Positions 10,678-18,647 of a stretch of 64,000 bases of DNA are shown piece after piece. The stretch covers positions 800,001 through 864,000 of the forward strand of contig CAWJDT010000001.1 of the NCBI GenBank assembly GCA_963841735.1, in the 5' to 3' direction. The DNA comes from an uncultured Actinomycetes bacterium (GTDB taxonomy: Bacteria > Actinomycetota > Thermoleophilia > RBG-16-64-13). Numbering within the stretch: the first letter of the stretch is position 1; each line of letters starts with the position of its first letter. The position numbers and the translations under genes were made by a program. Under the pieces are notes generated by a model. That model had not been told where the DNA came from. It made no database searches and was given only the letters and a program-made list of their open reading frames with translations.

Positions 10678-11760
10678 ATGTGCGATGCTAGCACCACCGA
10701 GCAAGCGAAGGTGACCGTGGGTCTCGATCTGAGCGACCGTTGTTGTCAGATCTGTGTGCTCGACGAAGCGGGCGAGGTGACCGAGGAGGGCCGGGTGACG
10801 ACCAAGCCGGAAGCCTTGCGTCGCCGCTTCTCCGGGGCGGATCCGCTACGCATCGTGATCGAGGCCGGCACCCACTCCCCCTGGGTTAGCCGTCTGCTTT
10901 CCGAACTTGGACACGACGTTGTCGTGGCCAATCCCCGCAAGCTCCGCTTCATCTACCAGAACGACTCGAAGTCAGACCGGGTGGACGCCGAGTACCTGGC
11001 CCGGGTCGGTCGTCTGGACCCGGAGCTGCTGGCCCCCCTCACCCATCGGAGAGCCGAGACCCAGTCCGACCTCGCGCTTGTGCGCAGTCGCAATGCCCTG
11101 GTCAGGGCTCGCACCCGTCTGATCAGTCATGCCCGCGGCTGCACGAAGTCCTTGGGCAGCCGCCTGCCCACCTGCGCGAGCGACGTCTTTGCCCAAAAGG
11201 CCGGGCCGTGTGTCCCCGAGGAGCTTGCTCCCGCCCTGGCTCCGGTCCTCACCGTCATCCAGAACATCTCCGATGAGATCCGCGCTCTCGATCAGAAGAT
11301 CGAAGACATGGCCAAGGAGCGCTACCCAGAGACCGCGCTTCTCTCCCAGGTGCCCGGCGTGGGCACGCTTACGGCCACAGTCTATGTCCTTACCGTGGAA
11401 GATCCCGAGCGCTTCCCCAAGTGCCGCTCGGTGGGCTCGTATCTCGGCCTCAGGCCCCGGCAGGCAAGCTCCGGTTCCCTGGAGCCTCAGCTGCGCATCA
11501 CCAAAGCCGGGGACGAGCACCTGCGCTGGCTCCTCGTGAGCGCCGCCCACTACATCCTCGGGCCCTTCGGCCCGGACTCGGATCTCAGGCGTTGGGGTCT
11601 TGCCTTGGCCGCGCAGGGCGGCAAGCGGGGCAAGAAGCGAGCGGTAGTGGCGGTGGCCCGCAAGCTCTCGGTGCTCCTCCTGCACCTCTGGAGGACCGGT
11701 GAGGTCTACGAGCCACTGCGCAACGTCCGGCTCCGCGGCGAGACTGCGCCCACCACCTAG
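10678..11760 (+). CDS. IS110 family transposase/recombinase
   Basis: DEDD residues in GLDLS, IEAG, KSDRVDA; C-terminal SSG serine motif; AVVAVARKL. Confidence 0.95.
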   Translation: MCDASTTEQAKVTVGLDLSDRCCQICVLDEAGEVTEEGRVTTKPEALRRRFSGADPLRIVIEAGTHSPWVSRLLSELGHDVVVANPRKLRFIYQNDSKSDRVDAEYLARVGRLDPELLAPLTHRRAETQSDLALVRSRNALVRARTRLISHARGCTKSLGSRLPTCASDVFAQKAGPCVPEELAPALAPVLTVIQNISDEIRALDQKIEDMAKERYPETALLSQVPGVGTLTATVYVLTVEDPERFPKCRSVGSYLGLRPRQASSGSLEPQLRITKAGDEHLRWLLVSAAHYILGPFGPDSDLRRWGLALAAQGGKRGKKRAVVAVARKLSVLLLHLWRTGEVYEPLRNVRLRGETAPTT

Positions 11761-12100
11761 GAGCGGTGAAGATGAGAGATGCCGACGGGAAGGATCGATA
11801 ACCAAGGAAGACCGGCGGGTGAACCCATCGCAGGAGACCAGCAAAAAGACCAACCGCCCAGGGTGAAAGCGACTGCGCACACAGACTCGGCCGTACAGAA
11901 CGACACCAACCCGGTGCCGTCCCCAAGGCCGCTATACAGATAGCAGCGCTTCCCCCCGGCCGGACCCCAACGTGCACCGGGTCCCGCCATAGGTTCCCGA
12001 CAAAAAGTGCGAATGGAAGCGTGGCCGTGGTCTTGGCTCTTCGCGGCGGAAGAGGGATGATAGAAACCGAGCAGAGGAGGAAGAAGCAACCCAAGAATCG
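11761..12100 (+). ncRNA. Putative bridge/seek RNA region of IS element A (boundaries approximate)
   Basis: CAGACT (11882) is the reverse complement of core plus right flank; CGGCC/GGCCG stem; TATACAG (11933) equals left flank plus core; ATGGAAG (12013) equals the IS right end. Confidence 0.6.
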
Positions 12101-12130
12101 CTCTTGACACCGGCCGGCTTCTCATGGAAG

Positions 12131-12284
12131 TCTGCATAACCCCAAGACCGCGCGGGCGTCTTGGGTTCAGAAACCGCTCGGTATGCCGACCAGGGGGGCT
12201 GTCTTGAGAATCGCAGCCGGAGTTATGCAGACAACCTGGTGCTGCGACGGTTGAGTTGGGCAGACTGGATAAGCATTGTTAGAC
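12131..12284 (+). other. Candidate attI region; crossover core GTTAGAC at 12278-12284
   Basis: GTTAGACAC (12278) is the exact complement of GTGTCTAAC (13128) ending cassette 1; no attC-type hairpin immediately upstream; repeated TATRC(A/C)GAC-like motifs. Confidence 0.7.
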
Positions 12285-12311
12285 ACAGACGCTGGGAGGC
12301 GCGCGGCGCGA

Positions 12312-13121
12312 ATGTCGTGGATGAGCGACAGCGGCACCGAGTACAGACTGTGCTTGCTCGACACAAACGCCTTGAGCAACATCGTCGAGCATCGCGACAC
12401 CTTTGGGCACGCTTTCATCGAGCGGTTTCCCCCAAGTGATTGGGCGCCATGCTGGACAATCTACAACGTCATCGAATTGCGTCGTGCCCCAGAGCATCTA
12501 CGACTATACGATGCCTGGCTCGACTTCTTCTCAAGGTATCCGAGCTTCCTTCTTGAGCCATATTCGCGCATCGTGGCGGCAGAGGTGGCGGCCTATCACC
12601 ACTATCCAGCTGGACCTCCGTTGCTCAACGCCTTCACTCTGGCTGGGTCCGAAGACAGGCACTTCCTGCGGCCGTTCCTAGAGAAGCTCTTTGTGCAGGA
12701 CTGGATGATCGAGCTTGAGGCCGGGTGGCGCGACGATGAGAATGACACCCTCCGGGAGTGGGTCTCACGTTCGAACGACGGTCGCAAAGCTGACCAGTAC
12801 GTCGCCGAGTCAGTGGTTGTTCACTTGGCCGAGAATCACCAATCTTGGACGGCGGGACTCCTGAACTCGGGTAGCACACTGGACATAAACCGATTCCCTG
12901 CGCTGCAGGCTATGCTGTATTCGCAGTTCTATCGTATTCGTGAGCCGGGGCGGGTTCATGAGGCAAGCGACGTTACGGACGTTCGGATCATGGCGGCGGC
13001 GCCCTATATGGAGGCGGTTGTCACGGAGAGGTTCCAGGCAGAGGTCTTTCGCAAGGCAAAGAGAGCGCTTTCGTCGATAGCACAGCTTGATGTCGTGAGG
13101 GTTGGTGAGTTGTGTGGCTGA
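12312..13121 (+). CDS. Gene cassette 1: PIN-like domain protein
   Basis: N-terminal LLDTNALS, mid-protein E, C-terminal DVTDVRIMAAAPYMEAVVTE; start ATG 12312 or 12321; bounded by attI and attC1. Confidence 0.6.
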   Translation: MSWMSDSGTEYRLCLLDTNALSNIVEHRDTFGHAFIERFPPSDWAPCWTIYNVIELRRAPEHLRLYDAWLDFFSRYPSFLLEPYSRIVAAEVAAYHHYPAGPPLLNAFTLAGSEDRHFLRPFLEKLFVQDWMIELEAGWRDDENDTLREWVSRSNDGRKADQYVAESVVVHLAENHQSWTAGLLNSGSTLDINRFPALQAMLYSQFYRIREPGRVHEASDVTDVRIMAAAPYMEAVVTERFQAEVFRKAKRALSSIAQLDVVRVGELCG

Positions 13122-13129
13122 CGCTTCGT

Positions 13130-13220
13130 GTCTAACAAGTGCGTGCAACCGACACCGGCGTTGTCTGCTGCATGGAGTACCATGGCCAACGGGCGCGGCT
13201 GACGCACTAGAACGTTAGCG
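13130..13220 (+). other. attC site 1 (intact)
   Basis: R'' GTCTAAC 13130; arm AGTGCGT(G)CAACCG pairs with CGGCTGACGCACT leaving an extrahelical G; R' GTTAGCG 13214. Confidence 0.93.
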
Positions 13221-13255
13221 TTACAAGGGAGAGTGGGGTTCTGGTGGGGGGTCGA

Positions 13256-14323
13256 ATGATCAAGCCGAAGTCGTACATCGTAGGGTTGGGTCTGTTGCTG
13301 ACCTTGGGGGCGGCAGTCGACGGTTGCTCAGGGCGTTCCTCCGATCAAGTCACTTTCGAGAGCGAATACGTTTCTCTGCAACTGCCCGACTCGTTCGTCG
13401 GAGGCGATCCAGCGGATCCGAATGTGATGGCCGCGCTCAAGAAGCATGCCGAGAAGAACCCTGATTCCGAGACCCGTGCCGACCTCAAGTCGTACCTGGA
13501 CGGACTAGAGAGTGACATCCGAAGGGACGAGGAGTACCACTTCGTAAGGAATGGCCCTCTTCTTCTCCTCTGGGGTGAGCCGGATAAGGACGGCTCCATG
13601 GCGGAGGTCTACGTGTCGCGCGTTCTCGTGCAGAACATACTCCCGCTGACCGACGGTGACTCCTCAATGGAAGCCCTCGTGAAGGGTTTGAACTTCTGGC
13701 CAGAGTCAGAGTGGTACATCGATAATCTCACCGCTGATGCTGCGGAGGTGTTGCTCTACCATGTCAAAGAGAGTCCCGACGACATGACGGTGCGCGAACA
13801 TCATGTGTTCAAGGCCACGGCTGAGTATGTCTACGAGTTCACCTACGTCTACTACGACGAGATTTCGGCAGACCTGGACTCTGTCTTCGCCTCAAGTGCC
13901 GACACTGCTACCGTCAAGTGGCCCTACAACTCACAGAAGCAGTCTGTGGACCAGAAGGCCTACCGGCAGGATGGGGACTGCGAGTCTCTCGTCGAGAAGG
14001 CAAAGTACGCTCTAGAAAAGGCATACAAGGAACTGGGGACATGCGACCCCGGGGTGGTGACACCCAAGGTACTGAGCGAGATCGAGCCGGGTGTTGTCTT
14101 CATCGTCGTCGAGGACGCTGAAGCTGCACTTGCACCCGAAGCTGCAACCGTGCGGAATGAGGTCGCCTACTGGGGCGATGCTGGGACCTATACGGTTGGT
14201 TCGTGCTCCGAGTCTGGCAAGACGTACGGCGTATTCCATGATATGGCGGACCCTGGATGGTATCGAGTTTCCGAAGGCGGTCAGCCGGGCTCCAGGAGAT
14301 ATGAGATACCGACAGACAAGTAG
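13256..14323 (+). CDS. Gene cassette 2: predicted lipoprotein of unknown function
   Basis: Signal peptide ending AVDG-C; cassette bounded by GTTAGCGTT (13214) and its complement AACGCTAAC (14343). Confidence 0.7.
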   Translation: MIKPKSYIVGLGLLLTLGAAVDGCSGRSSDQVTFESEYVSLQLPDSFVGGDPADPNVMAALKKHAEKNPDSETRADLKSYLDGLESDIRRDEEYHFVRNGPLLLLWGEPDKDGSMAEVYVSRVLVQNILPLTDGDSSMEALVKGLNFWPESEWYIDNLTADAAEVLLYHVKESPDDMTVREHHVFKATAEYVYEFTYVYYDEISADLDSVFASSADTATVKWPYNSQKQSVDQKAYRQDGDCESLVEKAKYALEKAYKELGTCDPGVVTPKVLSEIEPGVVFIVVEDAEAALAPEAATVRNEVAYWGDAGTYTVGSCSESGKTYGVFHDMADPGWYRVSEGGQPGSRRYEIPTDK

Positions 14324-14422
14324 CCGCCCGAAAGTGAGACTGAACGCTAACAAGATGGCATGAAAAGGACGCTGCGCCGACACTGTCGTTGTGAGGAGCA
14401 ACGATAGGAAGGAGAAGCGCCG

Positions 14423-15415
14423 ATGCCAACTTACTACCTGGGCCTCGATGTCCACAAGGTCCGCACCCAGTACTGTCTGATGGATCTGGGCGGTGAGATC
14501 CTATCCGAGGGCAATGTCCCCACCGAAGAAGCCGCGTCTCTGGTGTCCGAGATCGATTCTGCCGTGGTGCTGGAGGCCACAGGCAGCTGGCACGCCACCT
14601 ACGACGCGCTCGTCGCCACCGGAGCCGCTGTCAAGCTGGCACACCCCGCCCGCATCAAGGCCATCGCCTCCGCTAAGGTCAAGACCGACAAGATCGACGC
14701 CCGCATCCTGGCGCATCTGTTGCGTGCTGATCTCATCCCCGAGGCCTGGGCACCTCCCACTTCAGTGCGGGAACTTAGGGACCTGGTGCGGCTTCGTTGG
14801 CGCTTCATCTCCCAGCGCACCACTGCCAAGAACCGCATCACCAACCTGCTGGCCCGCGAGAACCTGCGCTTCGCCGGCACCGATCTGTTCGGCAAGAGTG
14901 GCAGGAAGTGGCTGGAGGCGCTGGATCTGCGGGCACACACCCGGAGTCTCATCGCCTTGCTGCTCGTCTCCATCGAGGAGGCCGATGCCCACGTGGCCGT
15001 TCTCACCTCTCGACTGCATGAGCTGCTCGACCGGGACCCGGACATGGGTCTGCTCATGACCATACCCGGTGTGGGTTTCATCACCGCGGCCACGCTCTCC
15101 GCCGAGGTCGGTGACTGGAGCCGCTTCTCCTCGGCAAGGCAGGTCTCCTGCTACTTCGGCATCATCCCCTCGGTGCGGAGTTCAGGTACTGTGGCCCACT
15201 ACGGACACATCACGCGGGCCGGGAGTCCTCACGCAAGGCGAGCGCTCGTCGAGGCGGCGCACACCGCCAAGAAATTGCCGGGGCCGGTCCGCCACCACTA
15301 CCTCGCTCTAGTCAAGCGTCGCGGCAAGAAGGTCGCCCTCGTCGCCGCAGCCCGTGTGCTGCTGGAACTGTCCTGGACCCTCCTGCACAAGAAGGAGGTG
15401 TTTCAGGCGGCTTAA
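14423..15415 (+). CDS. IS110 family transposase/recombinase
   Basis: LGLDVH, LEATG, KTDKIDA (DEDD); IPGVG; VRSSG; ALVAAAR. Confidence 0.95.
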   Translation: MPTYYLGLDVHKVRTQYCLMDLGGEILSEGNVPTEEAASLVSEIDSAVVLEATGSWHATYDALVATGAAVKLAHPARIKAIASAKVKTDKIDARILAHLLRADLIPEAWAPPTSVRELRDLVRLRWRFISQRTTAKNRITNLLARENLRFAGTDLFGKSGRKWLEALDLRAHTRSLIALLLVSIEEADAHVAVLTSRLHELLDRDPDMGLLMTIPGVGFITAATLSAEVGDWSRFSSARQVSCYFGIIPSVRSSGTVAHYGHITRAGSPHARRALVEAAHTAKKLPGPVRHHYLALVKRRGKKVALVAAARVLLELSWTLLHKKEVFQAA

Positions 15416-15610
15416 GAGGAGAGCCCGTTGCACGCGCTGGGAGCGTGTTCGACTCCCGTTAACAAGATTCGGCCTCCTCACCGCCGCATAGCCCATCTGA
15501 GCGCCTGGATAGATGAGCGCGAATGGAAGCTTGGCCCTCGAAGCCGTTGATGGTGGAAGGCGCGCGTTCGGGGACGGTAGAATCAAGAGCGTGCGAAGCT
15601 CAAGATGAAG
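15416..15610 (+). ncRNA. Putative bridge/seek RNA region of IS element B (boundaries approximate)
   Basis: GTTGCACGCGCT (15427), GGGAG/CTCCC stem, TAACAAG (15460), CCATCT (15493) and ATGGAAG (15523) match the attC target flanks and the IS circle junction. Confidence 0.75.
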
Positions 15611-15736
15611 ACTTGCACTCTGAGTCCTTTTCATGGAAGTGCGTGCAACCGACATCCTTCATTGTCTATCGCATGGAGTACCATGGCCAACGGGCGCGGC
15701 TGACGCGCTAGAACGTTAGCCATACAGGGGGTTCTA

Positions 15737-16480
15737 TTGGACCGAGCTAGGGCGGTTGATCTGTACCTTCAGTGTTGTGGCTTGCAGAATGATCTCGAAC
15801 CGAAGCCCGTGGTCGCCAAGTACACGGAGTTTCTCGACGAAGCAGTTGCCCAGTTGTCGATCAATGACTTCGCAATCAACTCCAAGCAGCATCTGCGGGA
15901 CATAGCCAACTTCGTCAATGAGTTCGCTTTCAACCACCAGAGGCTGCGTGCTTGGGAACGGATACTGCCTGATCTGAGCGACCAGGAACGGCTCGATGTC
16001 CTGATCGAATTCGTCGACCCAATCGTCTATCTCTGCATGGGAGCTCCCGCCGCGTTGAAGGGGCGCCTTCACTTCTCGATGAGGTCACTTCTCTCTTGGC
16101 GAACGAACATCGTGTCCCAGGCTGGACTTACTCTCCGCCGCCTGCGCACTCCACGTTTGAGGGCGCTCGTTCTCAGGCCCGGCTTTGGGATAGCTGGCCA
16201 AGATTGCGGGATTGCCTAGGGGTGCTCAACAACCATGATTTCAAGAGGCGCGTATACGAGTTCAGGGATCACTTCGAACATGGGAGTCCTCGGCTGGTAG
16301 AGTTCGGTGAGAAACTAATGGCGTGGAGAGATGCGCATGGTCGTGTTCTGGGCGTCGAACCAGCCATTTCGCTGGCGAGTGTCGTAGAGTCGCTAGGTCC
16401 GCAGCAGTCGGCCTCAGTTGCTGCCTATGATGCATACGTCGCTTTGGTGGAGGAACAGCATTCGGCGATCCTACAAGAGC
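15737..16480 (+). pseudogene. Gene cassette 3: frameshifted HEPN-like (RxxxxH) protein, 3' end and attC missing
   Basis: Follows R' GTTAGCC (15715); overlapping ORFs 15737..16219 and 16096..; FRDHFEH motif in the second frame. Confidence 0.55.
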
Positions 16481-16732
16481 CAGATCGAGGGCGACGGTAT
16501 CGCGGCTGCCTATGTCGCCCAGAAGGAAGCCATCGGCCAGCAGAATGTGGCGGTGATCAAGCTCATGCAGGAGATAGCAGCCGGCAATATCCAAATCGTG
16601 CCCCAGGTCCTGGTGGGCGGCGAGGGCTCAGCGAGCGGCAACCTGTTCAATGCCTGGCTGTCTCAGATGATCTCTCAGAACGTGCCGAAGACCGAGGCAG
16701 ACAAGAAGGCGGAGAAGAAGGCTGCTGGGTGA
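16481..16732 (+). pseudogene. Orphan 3' fragment of a flotillin/SPFH-like gene
   Basis: IEGDGIAAAYVAQKEAIGQQNVAVIKLMQEIAAGNIQIVPQVLVGG resembles flotillin C-termini; no own start. Confidence 0.5.
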
Positions 16733-16744
16733 TCTGAGGGCTTG

Positions 16745-17431
16745 TCATACCCTGAACGCCGACGGACAAGCATCGGCCAGCAGGCACTCACCGCAGCGGG
16801 GGCGCTTGGCGTCGCAGACCGCCCGGCCGTGTTCTATCAACAGGTAGGTCAGGCGGAACCAGTCTTCTCTCGGGACGATCTCCATCAGCTCGCGCTCGAC
16901 CTTCTCGGAGTCGTGCGACGTGGCTAGGCCCAGTCTTTGGCTTAGGCGGTTGACGTGGGTGTCTACCGCTATGCCTGCGTCCGGGTCTGACGCGTACGCT
17001 TCGGGATGGGCGTTGCCCAGCACTACATTGGCCGTCTTGCGCGCCACTCCCGGCAGGGTCAGCAGGCCGGTCATGCTCGCGGGGATGTCTCCGCCGTAGT
17101 CGGCCAGGATCTTATGGGCGGCACCGATGATGTGCTTCGTCTTGTTTCTGAAGAAGCCTGTGGGCCTGATGTCGGCCTCGAACTCCACCGGGTCGGCACC
17201 GGCGTACGCCTCTACGGTGCGGTACTTCTTGAATAGCTTGGCGGTGACTTGGTTGACCATCTTGTCTGTACACTGGGCCGAGAGGATGACGGCCACCAGT
17301 AGTTCCCAGCCGTTGCCGAAGTCGAGCACTATCCCTGCGCTGGGGTATTCAGCCTTCAGGCGTGCGAGTATTTCCAACGCGTACGCGCGCTTGCCCGCCG
17401 ACGGAGTGCTCTGGACTACCTTCTTCACCAT
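16745..17431 (-). CDS. nth: Endonuclease III
   Basis: LLVAVILSAQCTD, HhH LPGVARKTANVV, VDTHV, [4Fe-4S] C-x6-C-x2-C-x5-C; start ATG 17431. Confidence 0.95.
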   Translation of the reverse strand: MVKKVVQSTPSAGKRAYALEILARLKAEYPSAGIVLDFGNGWELLVAVILSAQCTDKMVNQVTAKLFKKYRTVEAYAGADPVEFEADIRPTGFFRNKTKHIIGAAHKILADYGGDIPASMTGLLTLPGVARKTANVVLGNAHPEAYASDPDAGIAVDTHVNRLSQRLGLATSHDSEKVERELMEIVPREDWFRLTYLLIEHGRAVCDAKRPRCGECLLADACPSAFRV

Positions 17432-17536
17432 GGTCCTCGATCGTGTTTGTACTAGGCTTGTTCGTAATACGCCTTTTTCATCATACGATATCCTTGCAGC
17501 CGTCGACTTCTGCGTGAGGGCGGTAGAATCGTCACT

Positions 17537-18166
17537 ATGAGAGAAGCGCTGACAGCACAAGAAGCGGCCGCGGGGGCCTGCGTTCCGGCGCCGGGCGCGC
17601 GGCGGCTGGTGGTGGGCATCTCTGGGGCATCTGGGAGTGTCTTTGGCATTCGGCTGCTTGAGGTGCTCCGCGACACTCCCATCGAGACCCATCTGATTCT
17701 TAGCGAAGCCGCCCGGCGGGTAATCGCACTCGAGACCGAGCAGACCTCGGAGCAGGTGGAGGCTCTGGCGGACTATCACTACGGCTATGCGGACATCGAC
17801 GCCGCCATCGCCTCGGGGTCGTTTCACACCATGGGTATGGTTGTGGCCCCCTGCTCCATCAAGAGCCTGGCGGCTGTTGCCGGCTGCCACGCCAACACAC
17901 TTCTGGCGCGGGCCGCGGATGTGACTCTTAAAGAGCGGCGCAAGCTGGTGTTGGTGGTGCGCGAGACCCCGCTGCACCTCGGTCACCTGCGGTTGATGTC
18001 GGCGGTGACGGAGTACGGCGCCGTGGTGCTGCCTCCCGTCCCGGCCTTTTACCACAAGCCCCGCACCATCGCAGACCTGGTAGACCAAACGGTGGGCAAG
18101 ATCCTCGATCAGTTCGGCGTGGAAAGAGGGCTTTTTGAGCGCTGGCGGGGTGTGGATGGGGTCTGA
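17537..18166 (+). CDS. ubiX: Flavin prenyltransferase
   Basis: VGISGASG, IASGS, APCS, RAADVTLKERR, RETPL, PAFY. Confidence 0.95.
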   Translation: MREALTAQEAAAGACVPAPGARRLVVGISGASGSVFGIRLLEVLRDTPIETHLILSEAARRVIALETEQTSEQVEALADYHYGYADIDAAIASGSFHTMGMVVAPCSIKSLAAVAGCHANTLLARAADVTLKERRKLVLVVRETPLHLGHLRLMSAVTEYGAVVLPPVPAFYHKPRTIADLVDQTVGKILDQFGVERGLFERWRGVDGV

Positions 18167-18641
18167 GGAGAGCGCTGAACTGCGCATCCAAGTTGCCGAC
18201 TATCTGTGCGCGCACCACACGATGACCATCGCGACTGCCGGGGAGGAGGGGAACGCTCCCCATGCGGCCAGCGTTTTCTACGCCGCGGATGACGCGCTTC
18301 GCCTGGTGTTTCTGAGCAAGGCCGACAGCGTGCACGGGCTGCACATCGGAGCCGCGGCGCCGGTGGCGGTCACCGTGACAGAGCAGTACGACGACTGGGA
18401 GAAGATCCAGGGTGTGCAGCTCTGGGGCAAAGCTCACTTGCTGACGGGGACGGCCAGGGCGGGGGCCTTCATGGTCTACCTGAGGCGCTTTCCCTTTGTG
18501 CGCGACCTGCTCCGCCACCCGCGGCACGCTGAGACCCTTCGGCACATCGGGGTGTACCGGGTGGAGCCGGAGCGGGCGGCATTCACCGACAACTCGGCCG
18601 GCGTCTTCGGTCGTAAGATGCTCGATCTGATGGGAGAATGA
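18156..18641 (+). CDS. Pyridoxamine 5'-phosphate oxidase-like (YhbP-type) protein
   Basis: TMTIAT...PHAASVFY...S.H...IQGVQLWG. Confidence 0.8.
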   Translation: MGSEESAELRIQVADYLCAHHTMTIATAGEEGNAPHAASVFYAADDALRLVFLSKADSVHGLHIGAAAPVAVTVTEQYDDWEKIQGVQLWGKAHLLTGTARAGAFMVYLRRFPFVRDLLRHPRHAETLRHIGVYRVEPERAAFTDNSAGVFGRKMLDLMGE

Positions 18642-18647
18642 TCGTTC

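Larger units (their letters stand above)
10591..12130 (+). mobile_element. IS110 family (IS1111-type) element A, inserted between intI and attI
   Basis: Ends AG|ATGGGATGAGAAG ... CTTCTCATGGAAG|; subterminal inverted repeats; ~370-nt 3' non-coding region; shared AG core and no longer target duplication. Confidence 0.85.
14355..15639 (+). mobile_element. IS110 family (IS1111-attC type) element B
   Basis: Perfect subterminal IR ATGAAAAGGAC (14360-14370) / GTCCTTTTCAT (15624-15634); inserted at the (A)AG core just after R''. Confidence 0.93.
14345..15721 (+). other. attC site 2, split by IS element B (14345-14354 plus 15640-15721)
   Basis: Removing 14355-15639 restores CGCTAACAAGTGCGTGCAACCG...CGGCTGACGCGCTAGAACGTTAGCC, nearly identical to attC1. 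Confidence 0.92.

Noticed and set aside
17432-18187. 480-aa extended nth ORF (also the extended polX and mscL ORFs)
   Set aside because: Extensions overlap real neighbouring genes; homology starts at internal Met codons
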